This document shows, in pieces, positions 7,878-16,905 of a stretch of 64,000 nucleotides of DNA. The stretch covers positions 423,886-487,885 of the forward strand of contig CAVSLA010000001.1 in the NCBI GenBank assembly GCA_963728825.1, given 5' to 3'. Both the position numbers and the translations under genes were made by a program. The DNA comes from an uncultured Acidobacteriota bacterium. GTDB lineage: Bacteria; Acidobacteriota; Vicinamibacteria; Vicinamibacterales; CAVVIG01. Numbering within the stretch: position 1 is the first letter of the stretch; each line of letters starts with the position of its first letter. Below the pieces are notes generated by a model. That model was given only the letters and a program-made list of their open reading frames with translations. It had not been told where the DNA came from and did no database searches.

Positions 7878-10571
7878 CTACGCGTAGTCCTGCCGCAATG
7901 CCTCCGTTGGTTGAATGCGGGTCGCCCGCCAGGCGGGCAGTCCAACGGCGACGACCGCAACCGCGATGAGCAGCCCGATCGCGGTGACAACCGAGGCGAT
8001 GTCGGTCGGCATGACATCGAACAGCTCGGCCCGCACCAGCCGGGCGACGATCGAATGCCCGGCCGCGCCTGCGATCACGCCGACCGCGAGGACGAGAGAC
8101 GTTTCCCTCGCGAGCATCCAGCCAATACGGACACGGCTTGCACCCAGGGCCATGCGCACGCCAATCTCGCTGGTGCGGCGGGCCACCGCAGCGTTCAGCA
8201 TCCCGTAAAAGCCGACGGCAACGAGCAGCAGCGCCAGCGCACTGAATGTGGTACCCAGTGTGGCCAGCAGGCGCTCCCGGCGAAGACCGTTTTCCAGTTG
8301 CTCCTGAACGGTCCTCATCCGAAGCACGCCGACGTTCGGATGAAGCTGCTCGACGGTTCGGCGCGCGGCCGCAGCCAGCAGTTCGGGATCTCCCGCCGTT
8401 CTCAGAACGAATGTCGTGCCGCGAACATCGCCTTGCGAACGAGGCGCGTAGATCATGTTGTCGGTCGCCCGCTTGAGTCCGCCGTCACGAACGTCCCTGA
8501 CGACGCCGATGATGTGGAAAGGCTGATTCAGCTCAGTGGGCGCGAACGAAACGGTTCGACCGACGACGTCGGCTGCGTTGAAGAAGTGGCGGGCAAAAGA
8601 CTCGTTGACGATCGCCACCCGCTGCGATCCCGTCTGGTCGGTTTCGTCGAAGTCACGCCCCGCCAGCAGGGTCATGCCGACCGTGCGGACGAAGCCCGGC
8701 CCGCCGTACGCGACGCCCGCCGAATCGCGCCGCGGATCGGGCGTGCGGTCGGAGGCCGGCGGCGCGATGTTGAAATAGGTGCCGACCCCGACACCGAGCG
8801 AGCCGTACGAATCGGTGACCGCCTGGACGCCCGGCAGCGCGGACAGCGCTTCGCGCCCTTGTGCGAGGAAGGAGTGAAAACGGGTCTCATCCAGATCCCT
8901 TGTGCCGATGTCCATGGTGACCGTCAGCAGACGGTCCGATCCGAACCCGACGTCGATGCGGCGGAAATTGGTGAGGGTCTGCAGGAAGAGCGCGGCGCTG
9001 CCGACGATGGTAATGGTCAGCGCGACCTGGGCCGCCATCAGGCTTCTGGTCAAGCGCGGCGACCCGTGAGCCGAGATGTTCCGGAGCGCATCCTGCGGGT
9101 TGGTCGCTGACGCACGAAGAACCGGCGCGAACCCCGACAGGAGCGCGGCGCCAATCGCCACCAGCGCCGTGAAGCCGAGCATCCACGCGTCAGGACGGAG
9201 ATCGACGCCGTCGAGGGCGCCGTCGCCAAGCGCGAGGTAATAGCCGGCGGGCGCAAGCCACTGCGCGAGGAGCAGGGCGAGTACCCCGCCCGCAAGAGCG
9301 ATGAGCAGGATCTCGGTGAACAACTGACGCATGAGCCGGAAGCGGCCGGCGCCAAGTGCGAACCGGAGCCCCAGCTCCTTCTGGCGGTTCAGCGCACGCG
9401 CGAGAAACAGCCCGGCAAGATTGGAGCAGGCGATCAGAAGAACCAGAGCCGTGGCGATCATCAATACACGCAGCGTCGGCTGAAGCGATCGGCGCACGCC
9501 GGATGTCGCCCCGGTCGACGCCACCCGCACGTCGACCCTGATGTTCTCGGCATTGAGACCCAGTTTCTGGCGCATCCCGGCCGGGACCGCAGCGATCGCT
9601 GCCTCCGATGCTGCTCGGAATACCGGGGTCAGCCGCTCCGCGGCCCGTTCGGTTGAGACGCCGGGCTGGAGGCGTCCGATGAAGATCAACCACCCGCGAT
9701 TGCCCGCGGTCAGGATGCCCGGCGGATAAAACAGCTCTGCGTCGGTGAGCGGCAGGAAGACGTCGTAGCTCTCGCCGAACGCGAGACCACGAAAGTCCCG
9801 CGGCAACACGCCGGCGATCAAGACGTCGCGGCTGCCGAGCACAAATGACTCGCCAATGACCTCGGGGCGTCCTGCGAAGGCCCGGCGCCAGTAAGCGTGG
9901 CTGAGCACTGCGACGGACGGTGAGCCAGGCCGCTCGTCTGACGCCGCCAGCACCCGTCCGGCGGCGGCCGAGATGCCGAGCACATCGAACAGGTTGCCCG
10001 AGGCCAGCATGGCCGTGATTACTTCGCGGCGCCCGTCGATGACCGCGACGACCCCGCCCGGCGTCGGCGCAACGGCGGCGATACCGGTCAGGCCTTCGTG
10101 TCGGTCGGTCAGCATCTGGAATGCCGGGTACGACTGCAGGCACGTCCGCGAGCCGCCGGTGGCGCCCGGGCCCGACCCGCAATCGATCTGCACGAGCTCG
10201 TAAGGATTCGGCACGGGCAGGGTCTTGACGAGCACCTCGCGGACGACGCTGAACAACGCGGTGTTGACGCCGATGCCCAGTGCCAGCGTCACGACGGCCA
10301 GCGCGGCGAAGGCGGGGGTCCGGCGATACGTCCGTAGCGCGAAGCGGACGTCACCGCGGAAATCGTCCAGCCAGACCGAGCGCGTGGCCGCCCGGACGTC
10401 TTCCCTGATCTGCTGCCGGCCGCCAAATTCGAGTCGAGTGAGCCGTGCGGCTTCGGCGGGAGAGCGTCCCGACGCGATGTGCTGCGCAATCTGCTCGTCG
10501 ATGTGAAACTGCAGTTCCCTGTCGATCTGCTGGTCACGACCGCGCGTGAACAACCGACGCAGGACGCTCAT
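7878..10571 (-). CDS. ADOP-family duplicated FtsX/MacB-like permease (no ATPase partner), copy 1
   Basis: MSVLRRLF..ELQFHIDEQIAQHIASG..RSPAEAARLTRLEFGG leader typical of the PadR-linked class. Two FtsX-type 4-TM modules are separated by large periplasmic domains. The ATG at 10571 overlaps the PadR stop (ATGA); the track's 10715 start is an off-target extension. Confidence 0.85.
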   Translation of the reverse strand: MSVLRRLFTRGRDQQIDRELQFHIDEQIAQHIASGRSPAEAARLTRLEFGGRQQIREDVRAATRSVWLDDFRGDVRFALRTYRRTPAFAALAVVTLALGIGVNTALFSVVREVLVKTLPVPNPYELVQIDCGSGPGATGGSRTCLQSYPAFQMLTDRHEGLTGIAAVAPTPGGVVAVIDGRREVITAMLASGNLFDVLGISAAAGRVLAASDERPGSPSVAVLSHAYWRRAFAGRPEVIGESFVLGSRDVLIAGVLPRDFRGLAFGESYDVFLPLTDAELFYPPGILTAGNRGWLIFIGRLQPGVSTERAAERLTPVFRAASEAAIAAVPAGMRQKLGLNAENIRVDVRVASTGATSGVRRSLQPTLRVLMIATALVLLIACSNLAGLFLARALNRQKELGLRFALGAGRFRLMRQLFTEILLIALAGGVLALLLAQWLAPAGYYLALGDGALDGVDLRPDAWMLGFTALVAIGAALLSGFAPVLRASATNPQDALRNISAHGSPRLTRSLMAAQVALTITIVGSAALFLQTLTNFRRIDVGFGSDRLLTVTMDIGTRDLDETRFHSFLAQGREALSALPGVQAVTDSYGSLGVGVGTYFNIAPPASDRTPDPRRDSAGVAYGGPGFVRTVGMTLLAGRDFDETDQTGSQRVAIVNESFARHFFNAADVVGRTVSFAPTELNQPFHIIGVVRDVRDGGLKRATDNMIYAPRSQGDVRGTTFVLRTAGDPELLAAAARRTVEQLHPNVGVLRMRTVQEQLENGLRRERLLATLGTTFSALALLLVAVGFYGMLNAAVARRTSEIGVRMALGASRVRIGWMLARETSLVLAVGVIAGAAGHSIVARLVRAELFDVMPTDIASVVTAIGLLIAVAVVAVGLPAWRATRIQPTEALRQDYA

Positions 10572-10912
10572 GACTGTTCCTCCGCCGTGCTCAGCACGAG
10601 GCCGATCGCCTGCGCCATTCGTTCCCAGTTCAGCCGTTCGACGTCGAGCTGTTTCCGCCCGGCCCTGGTCAGCGTGTAGAACTTGGCTTCGCGCCCGGTT
10701 TCGGTGTTCTTCCACTCGGCTTTGAGCCAGCCCCGCTCCTCCAGCCGGTGGAGGGCGGGATACAGCGAACCCTGCTGGACCTGCAGTGCCTCGCGTGACA
10801 GCTGTTGCAGACGCTGCGCGATGGCATAGCCGTGGAGCGGACCAACGGCCACCACTTGGAGAATGAGCAGGTCGAGTGTGCCCTGCAGCAGATCAGATCT
10901 TGAAGCGCTCAT
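10568..10912 (-). CDS. PadR-family transcriptional regulator (acidobacterial ADOP-linked type)
   Basis: LLQGTLDLLILQVVAVGPLHGYAIAQRLQ..GSLYPALHRLEERGWLKAEW..REAKFYTLTRAGRKQL winged-helix signature. The track's GTG start is at 10918; the ATG is at 10912. Confidence 0.9.
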   Translation of the reverse strand: MSASRSDLLQGTLDLLILQVVAVGPLHGYAIAQRLQQLSREALQVQQGSLYPALHRLEERGWLKAEWKNTETGREAKFYTLTRAGRKQLDVERLNWERMAQAIGLVLSTAEEQS

Positions 10913-10959
10913 GCCCACATACCTAGCCTGTCGACATATGTAACGCTTCTATATGTAGG

Positions 10960-10975
10960 ATGTCAAGGTATACAT
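10960..10975. promoter_or_regulatory. Candidate PadR operator, ATGT-N8-ACAT
   Basis: atgtcaaggtatacat lies 48 nt upstream of the PadR ATG, within the only AT-rich stretch of the spacer. It matches the ATGT-N8-ACAT core reported for PadR-family operators. A second ATGT-containing repeat (acatatgtaacgcttctatatgtagg) is adjacent. Confidence 0.4.
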
Positions 10976-10977
10976 CT

Positions 10978-11029
10978 CCGGGTGCCGGGTGCCGGGTGCC
11001 GCGGTGCCGGGTGCTGCGGCGCCGGGTGC
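10978..11029. repeat. 7-bp word repeat (CCGGGTG-type)
   Basis: ccgggtgccgggtgccgggtgccgcggtgccgggtgctgcggcgccgggtgc. Its reverse-complement array (GCACCCG units) is at 49031-49100. Confidence 0.8.
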
Positions 11030-11174
11030 AGAGCGCAGAGTGCGCGGACTCGCGCGGGGAAATTGCTCTAGCGGTTGTGGGACCGACCTTTCGGTGAAAC
11101 TCGTTTGGATGGGGGCGGCGCTATGGTGCCGCCTTTGGCATCCCGCTGGGTTTGCGAACAGGAGAACTATCTGA

Positions 11175-11229
11175 GTAATTGGGTAACCGATCGGCTTACC
11201 AGACTACCCAATTACCCAATCACCCAATT
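11175..11229. repeat. 8-bp word repeat (ACCCAATT x3) with an inverted copy
   Basis: gtaattgggtaa (11175-11186) is the inverted partner of acccaatt acccaatc acccaatt (11206-11229). The array ends 2 nt before the serine hydrolase stop. Confidence 0.75.
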
Positions 11230-11231
11230 CT

Positions 11232-12464
11232 TCAGCGTGATGCCGTCGTCGGCGCTGGCCGCAGCGAGGCGATCGTCTTGCCGACCAGATCGTTGAGGCC
11301 ATTCGCCCAGCGCGTGACGATCACGAGATCGTTTTCCCAGTCGACGTAGACGATGTTGTTGCCGTTGCCGACGAAGCGCACGGCGGTCGCCGGCGCGGCC
11401 GGTAACGGCTTGCGGTCGGTGTTCAAGTACCAGTTCGCGAAGCCGTAGGTGGCGTTGGCTGGACCCGGCTTGCGCGCCATCTCGATCCATTTCTCCGAAA
11501 CGATCGCGCGATCCTTCCATTTGCCGTTGCGCAGGAAGAGATACCCGAAGCGCGCCATGTCATACGCGTTGATGAACATCCCGCCGCCCCAGTGGCCGCC
11601 GCCCGACACCGACTGCACCTTCTGTCCGTCGATGTCGACCCAGGAATTCTCGTACCCGTGCCACCGCCACGTCGACGAGGCGCCGATCGGTTCCATCAGC
11701 TCCTCGCGAAGCAGCTGCGGCAGGGGCTTGCGGATGACCTGCAGTGCGGCAAGCGACAGGACGTTGACGCGCACGTCGTTGTACTTGAAGTGCGTGCCGG
11801 GCTCCCGGAGCGGACGGTTGGGCCAGTCGGCCGACGTCTTGCCTTCGGGTCGGTCCGCCCAGTCGGGCTTCCCCCACAGCGTGCCCTGCCAATCGCTCGT
11901 CTGGCGGAGCAGATGATCCCAGGTGATCTTCTGGTTGTGCTCCGACTCGAACAGATCGACGCCTGGCGGCATGTAGCCGCGCACCGGATCGCTGAGGTCG
12001 CGAATCAGCCCGCGCTGCCACGCCAGGCCGACCACCGTCGTCAGGAAAGTCTTCGTCACGCTGTTGCTCATGTCGACCCGCAACGGTTCGCCCCATTCCG
12101 CGACGATGTAGCCGTTGCGGATGATGAGGCCGCTCGCGGGGCCGCGCGGCTTGATCGGACCGATCACCGTATCAAACGGCTCGCTGCGTCCGAAGCTCGT
12201 CGCCTGCTCCAGCGCAAGATCCCGATTGGCGCGAATCTCGGTGCTCACCGCGGCCTGCACCGCCTCGGCGACGAGCGCCGGCGACATCCCGACTTCTTCA
12301 GGACGTTTGTGCTGCCAGTCGAACCGCTCGGGGAAGTAGGTCGACTGCGCAGACGGCCGCGCCGCCTGGCTGGCGGCCGGCGCGGTCGGGCGCGGCTGCT
12401 GGGCAGAAAGTGACGCGGCAGCGACGAAGGCACCGACGACGGCGACGGCACAGATGGCTTTCAT
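11232..12464 (-). CDS. Secreted serine hydrolase, beta-lactamase-related (class C/PBP-like fold)
   Basis: Signal peptide MKAICAVAVVGAFVAAASLSAQQ and an S-x-x-K motif in MSNSVTKTFLTTVVGLAWQRGLI. Confidence 0.8.
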   Translation of the reverse strand: MKAICAVAVVGAFVAAASLSAQQPRPTAPAASQAARPSAQSTYFPERFDWQHKRPEEVGMSPALVAEAVQAAVSTEIRANRDLALEQATSFGRSEPFDTVIGPIKPRGPASGLIIRNGYIVAEWGEPLRVDMSNSVTKTFLTTVVGLAWQRGLIRDLSDPVRGYMPPGVDLFESEHNQKITWDHLLRQTSDWQGTLWGKPDWADRPEGKTSADWPNRPLREPGTHFKYNDVRVNVLSLAALQVIRKPLPQLLREELMEPIGASSTWRWHGYENSWVDIDGQKVQSVSGGGHWGGGMFINAYDMARFGYLFLRNGKWKDRAIVSEKWIEMARKPGPANATYGFANWYLNTDRKPLPAAPATAVRFVGNGNNIVYVDWENDLVIVTRWANGLNDLVGKTIASLRPAPTTASR

Positions 12465-12501
12465 GCGCGCTCCTCTCCGGAGATTCAGCGCAGTATAGCG
12501 C

Positions 12502-13014
12502 CTAGGCGTGGAAGGCGTATTGAAACTGGTCGACGATCACGCCGTCTTTGATGGCGCTGCGCTCCAGACGGGCTTCCAGCACGTATCCGGCTTTTTCCAG
12601 AACCCGGCAGGAGGCCGTGTTGTAGGCAAACGGCACGGCAAACAGCCGCGTCAGCTGGTGCCGCTCGACGGCGTATCGCGAGATCGCCATCACCGCTTCC
12701 GTGACGATGCCACGGCCCCAGAAGGCCTCGCCGAGCCAGTAACCCACTTCCGCCGAGACGCGCTCGACGTCGGCCTGGAGCACGAACCCGATGCCGCCGA
12801 CCGCTTCGCCGTCCACCGCGATCGCGAAGAAGGTCTCCGGGGTCATCTTGCGCGCTTCACGGAGGAAGCGGCGACCGTCCGAGTAGGTGTACGGATGCGG
12901 AAAGCGATCGCGCAGATTGATCCAGACGCTGCGGTTGTTCGCATGACGGACCAGCGAATCGAGATCGGAGGACCGCCAGGAGCGCAGTTCGCTGCGCTCG
13001 AGCGTGAGAGTCAT
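12502..13014 (-). CDS. GNAT N-acetyltransferase (RimJ/RimL-like)
   Basis: MTLTLERSELRSWRSSDLDSLVRHANN..GYWLGEAFWGRGIVTEAV..NTASCRVLEKAGYVLEA. I prefer the ATG at 13014 over the track's 13107 extension. Confidence 0.8.
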   Translation of the reverse strand: MTLTLERSELRSWRSSDLDSLVRHANNRSVWINLRDRFPHPYTYSDGRRFLREARKMTPETFFAIAVDGEAVGGIGFVLQADVERVSAEVGYWLGEAFWGRGIVTEAVMAISRYAVERHQLTRLFAVPFAYNTASCRVLEKAGYVLEARLERSAIKDGVIVDQFQYAFHA

Positions 13015-13024
13015 CGGGCGAGCC

Positions 13025-14176
13025 CTAAATGCGCAGGCCGAAGAACGGGCGCAGCTTCGTACCGACGGCGTTGCCGGCAAACGCCGCGGCGAACCAGACC
13101 CAGCCATGGACGCTCGACGAGGCGATGCCGCTGAAGTACGCGCCGATGTTGCAGCCGTACGCGATGCGTGCGCCGTAGCCGAGCATCAGACCGCCGACGA
13201 TGGCCGCCACCAGCGATCGAATCGGCACGCGCCAGGACGGCGCGAAGCGTCCCGCCAGCCCGGCGGCGGTCAGCGCGCCCAGCACGATGCCGAAATTCAT
13301 CACCGAGGTGACATCGTCGAATACCGTGGCCTGGAGCTCCGCCGACCGGGCCGCGGTTTGCCAATACGGCCAGCCGGCGACGTCGACGCCGGCGGCGCCG
13401 ACGATCTTCGATCCCCACAGCGCGAACGCCGACGTCACGCCCCACGGCCTGCCGGCGAGCAGGAGTGTCGCGATGTTGACCGCCGCCAGCCCCAATGCGC
13501 CGGCCACGATCGGCCACGGACCGCGCCACATCGACTGGGTCGCAGCCGGTTTCTCGAGCGCACCGTGGCGACGCTGTTCGACCACCGCCGAGACCATCGT
13601 CACCGATCCGAAGAGGATGAAACTGCCAGCCAACGCCGGGCCGAGCCCGAGGGACGCGAGGAGTGTCGTTGGCGCGAGTGACGGCGTGGCTTCCCACATT
13701 GGCATATGGAGGACGCCGACCACCGATCCGGCAATGAACGCCGCGAGCGTCACGATCATCCGCACGCTGCCGCCGCCGGCCGTGTAAAGGGTCCCCGACG
13801 CGCAGCCGCCACCGAGCTGCATGCCGACGCCAAAAATAAACGCGCCACAGATGACCGACAGACCGATCGGAGCCACGGTTCCGCGCACCAGGCGGCCGAA
13901 GACCTGACCGTCGGCCAGCAACGGCAGAAATACGGCACACGTCACGGCCAGCATCAACATCTGCGCGCGCACGCCCCGGCCGCGGCCGTCGGCGATGAGC
14001 GCCCGCCAGGCCGACGTGAAGCCGAACGCCGAATGGTAGAGGACGAGCCCCGCCGCGGCGCCAACCAGAAACAGCGCGCTCTGACGCCACGTGAACGCCA
14101 GCGCTAGATAGAGCGCGCCGGCGGCGATCAGGCCGACCGCAATCGAAGCCGGGCCACGTCTGTTGGGTTGAGGCAA
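13025..14176 (-). CDS. YeeE/YedE-family sulfur-compound (thiosulfate-type) transporter
   Basis: Polytopic membrane protein with the two signature Cys motifs, GGGCASGTLY and AYGCNIGAYFSG. Confidence 0.8.
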   Translation of the reverse strand: MPQPNRRGPASIAVGLIAAGALYLALAFTWRQSALFLVGAAAGLVLYHSAFGFTSAWRALIADGRGRGVRAQMLMLAVTCAVFLPLLADGQVFGRLVRGTVAPIGLSVICGAFIFGVGMQLGGGCASGTLYTAGGGSVRMIVTLAAFIAGSVVGVLHMPMWEATPSLAPTTLLASLGLGPALAGSFILFGSVTMVSAVVEQRRHGALEKPAATQSMWRGPWPIVAGALGLAAVNIATLLLAGRPWGVTSAFALWGSKIVGAAGVDVAGWPYWQTAARSAELQATVFDDVTSVMNFGIVLGALTAAGLAGRFAPSWRVPIRSLVAAIVGGLMLGYGARIAYGCNIGAYFSGIASSSVHGWVWFAAAFAGNAVGTKLRPFFGLRI

Positions 14177-14184
14177 CCGCTACA

Positions 14185-14949
14185 TTATGCGCCGGTGAAG
14201 CCGCCGCTCAGGAAAACCCAGCCGCCGCGCGAAAAAACCGCGATCTCGTCCATCGGCGTGAACCCGAGCTTGGCCCCGAGCCTCAGCGAAGCGGTGTTCG
14301 ACTCGAGTGCGCCCCAGACCGGATCCAGCCCCTGACCGCGCATCAGGTCGACCATGAACCAGACGGCCCGTGCCCCGAACGATCGACCGCGATGCTCTTC
14401 GACCGTATCGATCGAAATGTCCCACAGCCGTTCCGTCCTCCAGACCGGATAACAGAACGAGACCGGCGTGCCTTTGACGAAGACCGCGCCGACCGGCGCG
14501 AAGTCCTGGGCGTGGGTCATCTCGTGGCGCAGCCCGGCCGGCAGATGCGAGAGCGAATCGTCGCGCGTCAGGACTCGTATCTCGAGTCGCGCGTCGGGAT
14601 CCGGGCGCGGGGCAGGAGCGCTGAGACGATGCAGAATCGCCCGTTCGCTCGTCCAGGAGACTTCAACCGGACCCTGCAGCGCCCGGGCGACATGGGCGGC
14701 GTCGATGGTCTGGGCGATCACTGGCGTGAGCTCGGTTGCCCCAACCAGCGCCGAGCGAATCGCATCGGCAGGCGGCCGGCCGACGACGGCCACCGCCGCC
14801 AGTGCGCCGTGGGTGACGCTGACGACGAATCCGGCGTCGAGCGATTCGCCGCCGGTGACGGCAGCGTGTGGGCTGAGGAGCATTCCGCGCGTCTCCAGCC
14901 ACCGCGGCTCATCGGGCAGTTGCGCGGCAAGCCGACGAGCGAGGTCCAC
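14185..14949 (-). CDS. GNAT-domain protein (C-terminal acetyltransferase fold), function unknown
   Basis: The C-terminal part, HRGRSFGARAVWFMVDLMRGQGLDPVWGALESNTASLRLGAKLGFTP, resembles a GNAT core. The N-terminal half was not recognised. Confidence 0.55.
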   Translation of the reverse strand: MDLARRLAAQLPDEPRWLETRGMLLSPHAAVTGGESLDAGFVVSVTHGALAAVAVVGRPPADAIRSALVGATELTPVIAQTIDAAHVARALQGPVEVSWTSERAILHRLSAPAPRPDPDARLEIRVLTRDDSLSHLPAGLRHEMTHAQDFAPVGAVFVKGTPVSFCYPVWRTERLWDISIDTVEEHRGRSFGARAVWFMVDLMRGQGLDPVWGALESNTASLRLGAKLGFTPMDEIAVFSRGGWVFLSGGFTGA

Positions 14950-14957
14950 GGGCGCTC

Positions 14958-16847
14958 CTATTGACGAGGGCGCTTCGCCAGAATCGCTTCCATCTCGTCC
15001 ATCACGCGATTCATCTCTTTCATGGTGAGTTCGAGCGGCTCGTCGGTGGTCATGTCGACGCCCGCCTCCTTCAGGAGGTCAATCGGGTATCGCGACCCGC
15101 CGGAGCTGATGAAGGCGAGGTAGCGCTTCTTCGCCGCCTCGTCACCCGACTTGACCTTGGCGGCCAGCGCCGACGAAGCGGTGAACGACGTCGCGTACTG
15201 GAACACGTAGAAGTCGCGGTAGAAGTGCGGGATGTAGCTCCACTCGTGGGCGATGTAGTCGTCGACCAGGCAGACGCCCTGGTCGTGTCCGTAGTAGCGC
15301 TTGGTGATGTCCATGTACAGCTTGGCCAGCGCCTCCCCGGTGAGCGGCTGACCCTTCTGGGCCATCTCGTGCATCCGGAGCTCGAACTCGGCGAATTGCG
15401 TCTGACGGAACACGGTCCCTTTGATGCCCTCGAGGTAGTTGCCGAGGACGGTCAGCTTCGTATCATCGTCTTTGATCGTCTTCAACATGTAGTCGATGAG
15501 CAGCGATTCGTTGAAGGTCGACGCCACTTCCGCGACGAACGTCGGGTACGAGGCCAGCGGGTATGGCTGCGTTTTGTTCGAGAAGTAGCTGTGCATCGTG
15601 TGACCGAGCTCGTGCGCCAGCGTGCTGACGTCGTCGTACTTCCCGTTGTAGTTCATCAGGATGTAGGGATGAACGTCATAGGCGCCGCCGTTGGAGTAGG
15701 CGCCGGAGCGTTTGCCCGGATTGGGAAAGAGATCGATCCATCGTTCGTTGAAGCTGCGCTGCAGGACGGCGATGTACTCCGGCCCGAGCGGCGCCAGCGC
15801 GGCCAGCACGTGTTTCTGGGCTTCCTCCGGCGTGTAGGCGAGGTCGACCGAGCCGACGAGCGGAGCGTATAGATCGTAGTAGTGGAGCTCGTCGAGGCCC
15901 ATCATCCGCTTGCGCAGCTTGAGATAGCGATGGAATGACGGCAGCGCGCGGTTCACGCCTTCGATCAGGCGGGTGTAGACCGACACCGGGATATTGGGGC
16001 CATCGAGCACCATCTCCAGCGTCGACGGATACTTTCGCGCTTTCGAGTAGAACAGCACCTTCTGGACTTCGCTGTTCATCGTCGTGCCGAACGTCCGGCT
16101 GAAGCCGCCGAGAGATTGAAAGAACGACGACATCACCTTTTGCCGATCGTTGCGGTCCGGGACACCGCGCAGCGTGCTGAACGCGGCGGCGTCGAGCTTC
16201 GCCGGCTTGCCGTCGCTGAGCGTGACGGTCGGGTACGGAAAATCGGCGTTCGACAGAATGTTGTAGATGTTCGACGGCGAGGCGGCGAGCGGGCCGGCGG
16301 CGGCGAGAATCTTTTCCTCGGCGTCGCTCAGCGTGTGAGGCGCGCGCCGGATGATGTCCTCGAGATAGAAACCGTAGACCTTCAGGCGCGGCTCCGCGGC
16401 GATGAACTTGTCGAGCGTCGCTTTGGGAATCTTGAGGATCTCCGGCTCGATGTACGACGCCTCGGCGGCGAAGGCCGCGCCGACCTGGACCATCTCCTCG
16501 CGCATGCCCTGCGGGGCCGATTCGCGCGTGTCCTGATCGGCGAGCATGCCGACGTAAACGAACGCGCGCGACAGCTCCTTGTCCAGCGCGTAGAGGGTGT
16601 CGAGCGCGTCGGCCAGCGTCGACGCCGACGCGCCAAGCTTGCCCCTGAACTGGCCGATCTTCGGCAGTTCCTTCGGGATGCGATCCTTCGCCGCCCGCCA
16701 CGCCTCGGTGGACGGGTAGATGTCGGCGAGGTTCCATTTGTATCGGTCGGAAATCTGCGCGCGCTCGCGCTGCTGCGCGACGCTATTGAGCGTAAGCGCG
16801 AGCAGCACGAACGCCGCCGCGACGAGGCCGACGGAGAACCGTTTCAT
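14958..16847 (-). CDS. pepF: Oligoendopeptidase F (M3B metallopeptidase), secreted
   Basis: HELGHTMH zinc motif and M3B-length protein. Signal peptide MKRFSVGLVAAAFVLLALTLNSVAQQ from the ATG at 16847. Confidence 0.85.
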   Translation of the reverse strand: MKRFSVGLVAAAFVLLALTLNSVAQQRERAQISDRYKWNLADIYPSTEAWRAAKDRIPKELPKIGQFRGKLGASASTLADALDTLYALDKELSRAFVYVGMLADQDTRESAPQGMREEMVQVGAAFAAEASYIEPEILKIPKATLDKFIAAEPRLKVYGFYLEDIIRRAPHTLSDAEEKILAAAGPLAASPSNIYNILSNADFPYPTVTLSDGKPAKLDAAAFSTLRGVPDRNDRQKVMSSFFQSLGGFSRTFGTTMNSEVQKVLFYSKARKYPSTLEMVLDGPNIPVSVYTRLIEGVNRALPSFHRYLKLRKRMMGLDELHYYDLYAPLVGSVDLAYTPEEAQKHVLAALAPLGPEYIAVLQRSFNERWIDLFPNPGKRSGAYSNGGAYDVHPYILMNYNGKYDDVSTLAHELGHTMHSYFSNKTQPYPLASYPTFVAEVASTFNESLLIDYMLKTIKDDDTKLTVLGNYLEGIKGTVFRQTQFAEFELRMHEMAQKGQPLTGEALAKLYMDITKRYYGHDQGVCLVDDYIAHEWSYIPHFYRDFYVFQYATSFTASSALAAKVKSGDEAAKKRYLAFISSGGSRYPIDLLKEAGVDMTTDEPLELTMKEMNRVMDEMEAILAKRPRQ

Positions 16848-16905
16848 GACAGGGTTCATATCAGGGCGCATGTCAATCATTGTATCGGGGTCGAATCTGA
16901 CCCCG

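Noticed and set aside
10989-11296. Track ORFs 10989..11174 and 11075..11296 in the PadR upstream spacer.
   Set aside because: They are translated from the heptamer and octamer word repeats (PGAAVPGAAAPGA..) and have no start context or family resemblance.
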